From NCBI GenBank assembly GCA_025594325.1, contig JANHCV010000011.1, positions 620,001 to 684,000 of the forward strand: a stretch of DNA of 64,000 nt, written 5' to 3'. The number at the start of each line of letters is the position of its first letter. Position 1 is the first letter of the stretch. The position numbers and the translations under genes are program-made. Below the pieces are notes generated by a model. That model was not told the DNA's origin, did not search any database, and worked only from the letters and a program-made list of their open reading frames with translations. Of this stretch, positions 46,101 to 57,468 are shown piece after piece. This DNA comes from Blastocladiella emersonii ATCC 22665. Taxonomy: Eukaryota; Fungi; Blastocladiomycota.

Positions 46101-46242
46101 CGAGGACGTCGCGGCCTGCTCCGCTACGCCCGACCGCCATTTCCCGACCCCTGCTTCTTTGGGCAGCGGCGCGCAATGTGCCCAAGCTCGCCGCACGTCC
46201 AGCACCCCGCCGGGGGCCTTGGCTGCGACTGCTGCGGCGGCA
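43127..46242 (-). pseudogene. Host chromovirus 5' part: gag C-terminus (CWTCGELGHIARRC), GGGAAAT slip site, protease, RT, RNase H and integrase N-half; 5'-truncated
   Basis: Collinear with the intact element but has DTS in place of DTG and many D>N, E>K, S>L and P>L changes. It rejoins 37835 across the TSD to give KLSMAYHPQT. No 5' LTR or gag start remains before the arm junction. Confidence 0.92.
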
Positions 46243-46875
46243 CCAACTACAAGGTTGGCGACATGGTGCTGCTGAGTACCAAGAACCTGCGCGTCAACGT
46301 GCCCAAGGCCAAGCTCAGGTAGAAGTACACAGAGCCGCTCAAGATCGTGCGCCTCATTTGCAAGACGGCCATTGAGCTTGAGCTGCCGCCAACCATGGCG
46401 CGCGTCCACCCAGTGTTCCACGTCTCGCTTGTCAAACCAGTGGTCGCGCACGACGAGGACACGTTCCTGGGCCGCACGCTGCCGCCGCCGGCGCCGTACG
46501 TTGTCAACGGGCGCAAGGAGTGGTTGGTTGAGGCGATCGTCAACGCGCGCAGGTTGGCTTTGGGTCGCAGCGTTGAGTACCTGGTCAAGTGGCACGACTG
46601 CCCCAAGACCGACTACACGTGGGAGCTGTACGCGAACCTCAAGCACCTCGAGATGCTCGCCAAGTTCCATGTCGCGCACCTGTCAGCTCCCAACCCTCGC
46701 CGCAGGAGGGGATGGGGGGATAGTGTCACGTGCGCGTTTGGCACCTGCGCCGTGATGTCTTGAATTGTTGAGCCACCGCTCACTTGCACTCTGTTCTCGC
46801 TCCTTGCTGTTCAACCACATACATCCTTGTTTGCTAGTCATTGTGTATTCGGCCCTCCCCGGGCGCTCCGTTACA
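46243..46875 (+). mobile_element. Inverted duplicate of host integrase tail, chromodomain, PPT and 152-bp LTR (LTR 46724-46875)
   Basis: Mirror of 36859-37491. Confidence 0.9.
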
Positions 46876-47457
46876 GAACATCCCGCTGGCTCTCACAGAT
46901 CATTCTTTCCATTGGCCCGATTTGCGCCTTTTTCTGCAAGGCCCCGCGTTTTCATTCAATCTATTGACTCACAGCTGACTTAGCACTTGCAGACTTGATT
47001 CCGCGAACTAGTTCGCGATGCACTGCCAGGTTGGAGAGAAGCTTCTCAATGACTTTGACGCGATGGCGGACTGCACGGATCTTGAGGGAGCCAGCGCGAC
47101 CAGAATTGGGTAGTTGTGGAAAAAGCGTGTGCAAGGAAGAGCATGAATGACCCTTGGATATTTAATTTTACGTAAACCCTGGACTAGGAATTTATGAGTT
47201 GGTTGTAAATCGATAAGAGGGATTCAAGATTGTTCTACATTTTCACAGCTTATTTGCCCTGGTTTGGCACGATGAGATAGCTTTTTTTTTTGCTGATTTT
47301 AGGCGGAAAACGTGAAAACCCAGACACAAGGGGCTTTTTCTTGGGAATTTCATAGTGGGGGTTGGAGATGAGACGGCGATTCAAGGGTTCTGTGCGCAAG
47401 CGCGCGAAAATTTACTGGCAAAAACAATAGAGTTATACAAATCGAGGATGGCAGGAA

Positions 47458-47529
47458 GCCGCCTTAGCTCAGTGGCAGAGCGTTGCTCTCGTAAAGCAAA
47501 GGCCGGGTGTTCGATCCTCCCAGGCGGCA
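47458..47529 (+). tRNA. tRNA-Thr (CGT)
   Basis: Mirror of 36205-36276. Confidence 0.92.
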
Positions 47530-47751
47530 GTCTTTCTTTTTCCATTTCAAGGCACTTTGGCCACATCCACATTTACGGCATGGTGATGACATCGAAAATG
47601 CCCAGAAACGTGCAGCGCAAAGGAAGGATCAGTGCGCCTCAGCAAACGTATTGAATTTGGTGTTCCTTGCAGCCTTACGCGAGTTGCTGCTCAAATGCTT
47701 CGCCAAATATAATGGTTTGCGGCGCTGGTATAGTGTGAACAACAAAAACCT

Positions 47752-47823
47752 GGGGTTGTAGCTCAGCGGTAGAGCGGTCGACTGCAGATCGACAGGTCCC
47801 GAGATCAATCCTCGGCGGCCCCT
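47752..47823 (+). tRNA. tRNA-Cys (GCA)
   Basis: Mirror of 35911-35982; followed by a T run. Confidence 0.92.
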
Positions 47824-50800
47824 TTTTTGAAGCCTATCAAGGGCTTTTTTTTTCTTTCTTCCCATCGTGTCTATCTATTTTTCTTATATATATTTTTTTC
47901 TTTTTGTCCGCGTGTATGTGGGCGAGCGGGGCTTACTTTTGATTATCAATTTGAGATTCAACTGCTGATGGCTTTGAGAATTGTGAGGGGTTCCCATCCC
48001 CTGTGTTAGAGGGAACCAGCTGTTTGGACCTGAGAAAAAATTGTGTCATACCTGATCAAGTATAGATGGATATCTCCAGATGCAGGCAGCATGGAAACGC
48101 TTTGTGAACCCAAACTCTTGAGATTTCAATTCCCCATCACATGCCCTGTGTGTGTTTGTGTGACGCTTTTTTTAAGTTTGCGTCTCATCATGTGTATTGG
48201 CAGCTCCGTGGCTGGCCGCAGGCCGCCTGTGAAAACACTCCTCGAAGCCAAAAGCATAAAACTCTCTATTCCTCGCCACACGCACTGCCCAACAGCGGAG
48301 TCTGTGTTTGCATGACACATTTTCTACGTGATTCGCATCGCGCAACGCCTTCCTAAACACTATATGCTCCAAAACCGCGCATAAAACAGCAATAGAGATT
48401 CTGCGTGATCTCAGACACCACCTTTCCGCCCAACGGTGAGTGTGTCTTGCACTTGTCTGTGTCACCCATGAGAGCATCCGCCACATTGAGCATAAAAACG
48501 TTTTCGCCGTTCAGTTTGCACAACGTGCACACGGCCCCGGATTGCATTGATATCAGCCCAGCAAGCCCTTCCTACAACACGGCAACCTGATTTTTCTCTG
48601 AGGGCCAAAGGGCAGGGTCTCCCTCCCCATGGACCCCCTCCCCTGTCGCTGTGCGGCCATTGAAATCTACAGGGTCCTGACCTGTTGAACTGAGCCCTGA
48701 GTGTGCAGGACGTGAGCGCGTGGGATGATCCCTGGCGCAGTCCAACTTGGCAGCACCATGCAGCAAAACAGCGGGTCTGCAAGCAGCAACGGGGCGCGGG
48801 ATCTGCATGAGTTGGTGCAGTCCCAGACGTGGTCCCACCAGCTAGCCACAGTCTACGGCGCGCAGTGCAGCAACTTCCACTGTTGTTTCCAAGAGTTACA
48901 TGAGAGTCCGCCAAGCTTCAACTGGTTCTAGGAGAGAGCAAGAGGGCGGGCAAGGGACGGCATGCTTTGTGCTGGTTCGCCACTTCACAGCGCGTCGAGG
49001 CCCGTTTTCTTTTGGCTGGCGCGTGGCTGGTGAGGGCTCCGACTTTCACGCGGGGCGCGCGTTTTTCACGCCGCGCCTGCTTCCGCTCACCGCACCGCAG
49101 GGCGAGCGCCCTCCGCCCGCCGCGCGGCCGCCGCCGAGCGGATCACTCGACGGGATCTGCCGCTCGCGCGCGCTTGCTGAGTCACGATGAGCTGCGCCCG
49201 CCTCAGACTTGCGCTTCGGCGGGGCAGCCGCCGCGCGACCACGGCCAACTCGCGACGCTGCCCAAGTCGCTCGCGCTCAATACACTTTGGTCTGTCGTGG
49301 ATGAGATGCTGCTCGCACTGCTAGACACAGCAGCGGTAGCCTGCTGCATGAGCTGAGCGGCGCGGGGGCCAGATCAGCAACGGCGCTCGCGCGAAACGCG
49401 ACGCGAGGATCGCTGCTGCGTCCTCCCGCGCGTGCAGCGATGGGGGCACGACAACCGGATCAAGAGCACCGTTGAGGAAGTGCCCGTTGACTGTCCTAGT
49501 TCGCCGCGCGGGTTGCGCGCTGGTGTTGGCGAAGCGGGCGACGCGGGCGCGTATCGCAAGGTCGCCGCGCGACGGACGTCATAAACCAGCAACATCAGCG
49601 ATTGGGGTCGCTCCCCGTCATGGGCGATGGCCTCGCCTGCACCTGCCGCGCCGGCGCACGTCAGGATCGGGCCCGCTGCGTGAACGCGGACGCGCGCGTG
49701 GTGCGGGCGCGAGCGCAAACGTGAGCGTGGTTCGGGACGCATGCGCCGAGCGGACGAGTTGGGACTGTTCCTTGCCGCGCAACGAGTGCTGGCGGCCAAG
49801 CTGGCGCGTGTGAGCGGAGTCCATGGCCGCGGGGCGAGGCGACGGTCACTGGAGAGCAGAACGACGGTGCGGCACCGTATGACAGCGCGCGCAAGCGTCA
49901 AAGAAGAGCGATGAAGGCACGCACACGGAGGCACAACGGCGCCGGCTACAGTGGCCGCAGCCGCGCCAGAGTTGCGCAGGTTCCGCGCAAGCGCGCCGTG
50001 CGCCGGCCCCGAACGACGCCTCGGCCGTTGGAACGTGAGGTAACGAACGCGTGGGCTGCTGGAGCGTGCGGTCACCATGCCCACACCCGCGAGTAGCGCG
50101 CCGGGCGAGCTGTGCAGCGGCGGCGGACGCGGCGTTCTTGCTGACGGGCGGGCGGCCCCCGTGGCCACGGCACGGTCAGCGGCAACCCTGAGCGTGTAGC
50201 CTTCCATGTGTATGCTTCATAGAGTGCCAGATGGCGTGTGGAGAGCGAACGGCCCGGGAGGGAGGGGTGACGAGCAAGCAAGGTCGGGTCGTCGGCGCGC
50301 GCAAGCGAGCGGCGCGGCCCTGCCGACCCCGCGCCAACCCCCCGCCGACCACCGACCGCGCCTATAAAGCCCCGCTCGCTCGCCGCCCTCGGCCCTGCTC
50401 TCCATCAATATCCCTCGCCCTCACCACAATGTATGATACGCTCAAGCCTGCGGCCGTGCCCTCGATCGCGGCCCGTGAGCTGCACCGCCCGCGCAGGTTC
50501 GCTGACCACGCGCTCAACCGTCCTGTAGGCGTTCCTGATCAGGCTAGCTCGCGTCGCACCGTCGCGCTCGCCGCGCGAGCATCTCACAGCGTCTGTACGT
50601 CACCATTCGCCTCCGCTGTGCTGCACGGGGACCGCGCGCTAACGCTGTCCCTCACGCGCTTCGCCCGCTAGATCACTTCGCGGCCGTTGGCTCGCTCGCC
50701 AACGCGATCGGTACGCTCCCCTCCTCCCGCACCTCGTCATGGCACGACGCTGACGCGCGCTCGTCTCGCTCGTCCCACAGACCACGCCAATCAACCTCGG

Positions 50801-51318
50801 GCTCGCCATGCCCGCCACGCCCGTCCACGACAACGCTCGGTACGCTCTCCTCCTTGCTCCGACGCACGCGACGCCGTCCTGACCCTGGTCCTGACCGTCC
50901 CCCTCGCCCGCCTCACCATAGTCTCGTCGCGCTCGTCGGCCTGCTCATGCTCACCTCGCTGACTGCGACCCAAGGGCGAACTCAAGATCCCGCGCGTGCG
51001 CCTATCTGATGGCAGCGGCGTTGGGGCGACTGTCGGGGCGGGGTGCCTGCGCGCAGGCGGCGGCGGCAGCGGGGAGGGTGCATGCGCTGTATGTTGGGCC
51101 GAGGTTTGGCCGGGTGGGGTGCCTGCATGGTGGCGGGGTGCCCGAATGGGCGCGCGGTCGGCCGGTCAGGCGGGCTGCCGTGGTCCGGGGGTGGAAGGTC
51201 GATCTGTGATTGTGCAGGCAAGTCCTCGGAATAGATGAGCTCCAATGTGTTGCATCACTCCTCTAGCTGCGCGCGCGCGCACCTGTGAAAGAAACGGTGG
51301 GTCGATGTGCTGTGCTTG

Positions 51319-51512
51319 AGGCAAGAGCGGGACATCTGCCTTGCACACATGGAGTGACCAACGCGCGGGCCCAAGATGAGCCACGTGGCTTGAATGCACG
51401 AGTGGGGAAAAGGCGGAGTTATATTTCCTGGCTCGCCGCTCACAGCAATGCACTGCGATACACCGTTGTATGAGCAATCAATCAAAACCGAGCTCCTTTG
51501 AGTAAGAGATGA
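51319..51512 (+). mobile_element. LINE RNase H fragment (mirror copy)
   Basis: Mirror of 32222-32415. Confidence 0.7.
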
Positions 51513-52822
51513 ATAAGAGACTCCATTTTTTCATAAATGTTTGATTTTTAACCCTCCACACAAACCAGTTCTTTTCAGCTTGAATCATGTCAAATTTAGG
51601 CTGCTTGGGAGGTGATGCTCCTCAATAATTCCGCAACACCCTATTTCTGTTCAACTGACAAAGTCAAAAAAATGGCTTGGGTCTCCCATGGTTGCTCTTG
51701 GTGACTAGCAGGTTAAGCTTAAACTTACATGTGTGTGGTTGTTGCCACGCTCAATGTTATGAGCTACACGCCCAGCTTGAAAAATGGTCAGCACGCACTG
51801 GGATGTTGCAGGGGCAGATTAAATATGGACAGTCAACCAGCTAGTAGATTGTGTTCGTGGTCACCAAACCTGCCCCAAAGAGCCAAAAGCAGCACACAAA
51901 TAGGCTCATAGTGGGCCAAATTGGCCCCAGAAACGTGAATGTGCCTCTTACGTATTTCCTTCTCCTTTTTTTCCCCTTAAACATTGATCTACTGAACGTT
52001 TTGTAACAGTACGTTTGATAAAAGCCCAGCCTGATCAAGGGCTGAAGTACTGTCCCAGTCAGCAGTTGTGCAATGGGGCAAAGGAGTAAGTACTATCTGT
52101 ATTGTATGTCACCACGTGAGGTTGGCAACACACAGTTGGCATCTAGCCCTTGCCAGTATGGCTGCTGCAATTTTTTAATGAGTGGATAGGGCTGGGCTAC
52201 TCACGCCTCACTTTGCTTGTTGCAGCAGGCAAAAACCAACAAGCACAATGCTTTCTTCCTTGGCTTGCAAGTCAACGTGTGCGACTTAGGTTGGGCGTGA
52301 AAAAATAGAAGTGGTGAATATTTGTCCTGATAGCAAACAATTAAACCTGAAGTGTGTAGGGTTGCTGAAATTTGTGCAATAAATCTTAGTGCTTTAAGTC
52401 GGCAGGTGACTTTTTTTGGGGGGGGGGTGTTGGGCTGCTCCCAAGCCCCCCCCCTCCCACATTGCTGCAAAAGTATAAATGTAAGTATAAATAAAGTGAA
52501 AGAATCTCAGCGATAACCACAAGAGCGCCAGGAATCTTCTGTGAGGTGTTTGAGAGTTTTTTGTTTGTGTGTTTGGGCAAAAGCTGGTGGGAGACTGTGT
52601 AGCCGGTTCACTGAAGTTAGTCAAGCGTAACAATAAAAGTGAAAGTGAAAGGATGTTTCCTTTTTTGTGGGCTGGCCGCTCAAAGGATGGAGAAAAACCT
52701 CCGTGAAGAAAATGCTACACTTTCATGCATCTTTGCAAGCAAATGTTGAAAATGGCTATCACACTGGTCTCAAATCATTATATTGTCTCGCGGCGCAGGT
52801 ATAGTGTGAACAACAAAAACCT

Positions 52823-52894
52823 GGGGTTGTAGCTCAGCGGTAGAGCGGTCGACTGCAGATCGACAGGTCCCGAGATCAATCCTCGGCGGCCCCT
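52823..52894 (+). tRNA. tRNA-Cys (GCA)
   Basis: Mirror of 30839-30910. Confidence 0.92.
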
Positions 52895-55308
52895 TTTTAT
52901 TTTGCTGATTCTGGCCCTCATTAATACTATATTTGCCCACAAGAATAGTTTTTTTTTCCCCTTCAATAAAGATTTACACATGAAAGAGGTTGGAAGGTGA
53001 GTGCCTTGGGAGTTTAGGTTCCATGCCCGCCAATTTGTCTTTCAGCCAAGCTCTGCGCTTTGGACTCGATTTTTTAACTATATCTCCTTTCTAAGCCACC
53101 TAAAACGCCTCGAGTTCAAGTGCGCACGCAACTATGTGCCTGGCCACAAGACACGTTTCAGCCACTCACAAGATGCACAACTGCCCCTAGCATTCCCAAC
53201 AGGTTGCAGACCAACTATCTCACTGGAGCTTGTCTACTCACTCACTGATCACCTTGGGTATGCAGTTGACAGATTGGCGGTGCAGCGTGTGATGCATGAC
53301 ATCTGCCAGTCTCATGCAGCATCACCTGACCAAAACGCACTGCATGGCCCATGATCCCTGACGTGTGGTTTGGCCTTTTGTCTCCCACTGCTCTCTCCCT
53401 GCTTGCTTGCTGCCCCAGTCATCTATGCACAGCATCAGCCGCTCCTCCCGCTCCTGAAATGCACAATTTGTTTCAGCAGTACCAACACAAGTTTGGATCG
53501 CTCTATACAGCTTGATTGTGCATTACGTTAGTGACTTGCATGAGAGACCCTTCTTCCAACTTGGGTGACTTTTTAATCGTGATTTACTGGTTGCTTCTTT
53601 GCATTAATAGATATCTGCCTCCCTTTCTCCCAAGGGTCTGGCTGGTCCATGGAGGTCAGACGGTTCAGCCACATGTTTTCTGGCTCTGTTGGAATTTTTT
53701 TTTTATTTTTTTTTTCGTCTGACCCCCATCCTGGAGCTGGGCAGGTGATTGATTAGTCCAACATCAGAAATCCGGGCCTTGCGAATTTGCGGCCAATTTA
53801 CACGGTTTGGAGGTAAATTTTAAACCTGAGCAAATTTGTATCAAATTGAGTGGCGGCCCGCGGGTCGGCTAGGACAGCAAATTTGCAACGAATTGCCGTT
53901 CAATCTGCTGCGACTTGATGCCAGACTTGATGGCCAATTTGTGAGACGAGTGACCCGGTTGGCGCACGAATTGATGGGATATTCTCAAGATGGGGACTGC
54001 GTTTTGGTGCTAATTTGCGAGTGTATTGCGTGCGGAGGGATCTCAGATATCAGATACAGGTCAGGGCGCCGACGCCGCGGGTCGCGCGGCGTGCGAGTCA
54101 GAATCCTGGCCCGTGTGCAATGACAATGCACAACAAGCAGGTACCCGAGCGGACCGCGGACGCCGTCGCCAGCACCAGGTCTCCGCCCTTGGAGCCGCCC
54201 CCTGTGACCGGCCCAAACAGCGCGCGCGGCCGCGCTTGATGCGATCCGCGGCCAGGTCGTGGCACGACGCCAAGTAAAGAAACTGGGCGGGCGCGATGGT
54301 GGTCAGAGATCGCTGCTACAAGCAAGAAAGGTCCGAAAGCTCATGTGAGTCGCGCTGCGCCTCAAGCGGCGGGTGAGGAGGGCGTACTGCGTCGTCTTGA
54401 AAATTGGCACCCTACAGCTTGCAGATGCTGCGCGCCAGTTGTTGACCCGTTGAGAGGCGGTGGGTCAATAGTGTAGCAAGAGACCAGTGGCTCACGAGGG
54501 GCTAACAGGAGCAATGCGAGCGAGCATGTCAGACGCGCGCCAACTCTTGCGCAGCAACAAGAAGTGTCGAGCGTACCTGCGACTGGGACTTGGCCCACGT
54601 GGTGGCCGCAGTCGAATAACTTGAGCGAGCCCGTCGTTGGCGCTACTGGCGCGAGCGCGTGGCGCGAGCACATACGGCACACAGAGATGGTGTGGCGGTG
54701 ACGGCGTACCATTGCGCGCAAGGCTGACTTGACGGTCTCAGGTCCATGAGTCGCCAAATGCTGAGTCCCTGGTGGTGGACGCGTGCCAGCGGCTACATGG
54801 GCACCGCACAGGTGTCAGCACCTTTGACGAGCGTGCACGCGGCTGGTAGCCCGGTGGGGTCCCCCCGCGCTGCGCTGTGCCGCACCCAAAGAATGAGCGC
54901 GGCGGAGCACGCGCATGGCGGCGCGCACGTGTGGCGGCAACAACGCCGCTGGTCTCACGGTGCGTTGACAGCGGGCCAGAGCAGAGTGTGAAGGGCATCG
55001 CGCCAGGCGCACCGCCATGGGAGCGCAACGCGACGGTCATGCGTCGAGATTGTAGTGTGTTTTGTTGGCGGTCGGGTGATACATTGCTGTGAGTGGTGAT
55101 GAGTGAGGGAGCATGGACCGACCGCGGCGCGGCGAAGAGTCACTCGCTCGCCCAACGCGCGATCGCGGCAAAGTCCACGCCAAGCTGTGTTACGTGCGGG
55201 TGACTGCACACGTGTTTTTGCAACGTGTTTTTGCAACGCGTCTCGCAGCCCGTCTTGCTACCCGCCGTGCCACGACTCTCGCTCAGTTTCGCTAGCCTTG
55301 AAACGCGC

Positions 55309-55311
<3 letters not shown>

Positions 55312-55357
<46 letters not shown>
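55312..55357. repeat. Poly(A)46 tract
   Basis: Mirror of T45 at 28377-28421. Confidence 0.95.
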
Positions 55358-55358
<1 letters not shown>

Positions 55359-56444
55359 GACAAGCTGCACCTAAAGGTGGGACCGCGAGGGGAGGAGGGA
55401 GGAACTGATCAAGAACGGCGCGTTCCGGGTTGTGACGCGGCGGCGCGGTCACCCCCTTCGTTCTCGAGTCGATCAACGCTTATATATTGCTTAGGCTTTG
55501 GAAGCGACGAGCCCCTTGTCATGACAGTTGTAAGCACATCGCAGCGGCAGGATCATACCGCAGCTCACGCGAGGTTCTCAAGCGAGCCACAAAGATCATT
55601 CATTGCGGTATGAAGGGGACCTTCTGCCTGAACGAGCTCGCAAGCCAAGCGTGAACGGACGTGGCGAACGTGACCCTGCAGTGGCGTCGGACGATGGAGT
55701 TCACACGCCTGCCACAGCTCACTCAGTTGCTCCCTCCACCTTTTGGGCATATTTTAAGCATGCTGCAGATACCACTTGATGCAATGTATTTAACCCATAG
55801 ACGACCATGGCACACTGGTGTCCCTCACCCCACCCCCTCATATCTCCACCACTTTTTACTCTACACTCTCAAAACTTTGCTCAGCAAAATTGTAGCTATC
55901 GATACTGTTAGGGCCCGAGATTTTTAGCGTGGCGCACCGCCTAACGGCTGAGCTGGGAGGCGCCGCCAAAGTTATGAACTTCGCACGAGCGCCCGCCCTG
56001 ACAACACCTTTGCATGAATCCGGTTCAAACTTTTCGTGGACGCACTATGCGTAGACTGCCACCACTGTGTGAAGTTAAAAGATGTGGAGTTGAAAACTGA
56101 GGGCGTGGGAGTCGTGGGAAGCTCGGGTCCACGCGTTTCGGAGCCAAGATCGCCCCGTTCTCCAGCCAGGTGCGAGACATCGCGACGCGACTGGCACCCA
56201 CGTATGCGCCTCGTTGCGCCCTATCCGATAAGCTTGAGACTGTGTTTGTGGCCTGCGGGGGGAGCGAGAAAACCGCTGAAAACCCGATCGGACCCGCTGA
56301 AATTGGGGTTGGACAGCGGTGTCCCCAGCCGTCCCCGCCCCGCCACCCAGCCCGCTGTCCGCCGAGCGGCCTCGCCGCCGTCTCACCCTCCACTTCCCCA
56401 CCCTTCTTGCAAAGAACGACCTCAACCACCATCAACAACATATC

Positions 56445-57468
56445 ATGTTATCAACAAGACGGCCTACGCCAAGCTGGGGCCCGTGAGCACGCGCTCGCGC
56501 GGGACCCGCTGCCATCCCACCTCGCTGCTCCTCGCGTCCCCGCGACACCGTCGCCACTCGCCTCGCCACCGTCTACGCCATTGGACCCGCCACCTGCGCT
56601 GGGCAAGTGTCGCTGCGTCGACTCGCATGCACCTTCGTCATCGGCGGCCGTGGCTCTCGCCATCCAACCTGCTCCTGCTCGCCCCGTCTCGCCGTCGGAC
56701 TCTGATCCCTATAGCGACGGCGAGGAGAGATCTGGCAGCGACGACGACGAGAAAGAGGCCAGGCCGCCGACCTCAAGGCCCGCAGGGAGCACCGGGCCAC
56801 CGCCGCGCGCGCGCAGTCTGGACCGCCTGACGCGGCCGTTGCTGATGAAGGTCCTGGTGCTAGCGCCGCCGGCGCACCCTTCTCGCAGAACGGTGCGGCG
56901 GGTTTTGACGACGGCGACGTCCGCGACATGGCCAACATGGCTGGTTCAGACGACGAAGAAGAACACGGTGCGTCAGCTCACTACACTGGGCCCGCGCGAC
57001 ATGCACTGACGCGAGCTGATCTACACAGGGCCCACGCTGTCGGCCGAGCCGCGCGACGAAGGCCGGCAAGACGGCGATTGAGAGATAGACCCAGGTGGCG
57101 GCGTGTGCAAGCTCACATTCGAGGTCGGCGACGGCGTCCTCAGCTTCATCAACCGCCTCATCAAGCCAATGCCCTCGACGGTACGCCAAGGCAACGGCCC
57201 GCGCACAAGAACATGCGCTCCCCGCCCCCAAGGTCGCCGTCACTAGCCGTATGTGGGCAAGACGCCGCTCCCCACGGCCACGCCCGCCGAGAACTCCAAC
57301 TCAATCAAGCCGTCCGTGGTCTTCCTCACGATCATCAGCTACAAGGGTCACGACGGCGACTCGTCCCCGCAGATCATGTGCAAGGAGACGACGAATCGAT
57401 ACGCTTTGTCCCGCCACACTGGTCCCAAGGAAATCTTCATGGCAGTTGATGATCGTGAGATGTTGTAG
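56445..57468 (+). pseudogene. Mirror copy of the unknown decayed coding sequence
   Basis: In-frame stops at 57007, 57079 and 57244 in the codon-biased frame. Confidence 0.4.

Noticed and set aside
43062-46679. 1205-aa ORF in the track
   Set aside because: Chimeric artefact: it begins in the antisense of the inverted chromodomain copy, crosses the 46242 junction into the mutated host pol and ends in the young LTR. It is not a real gene.
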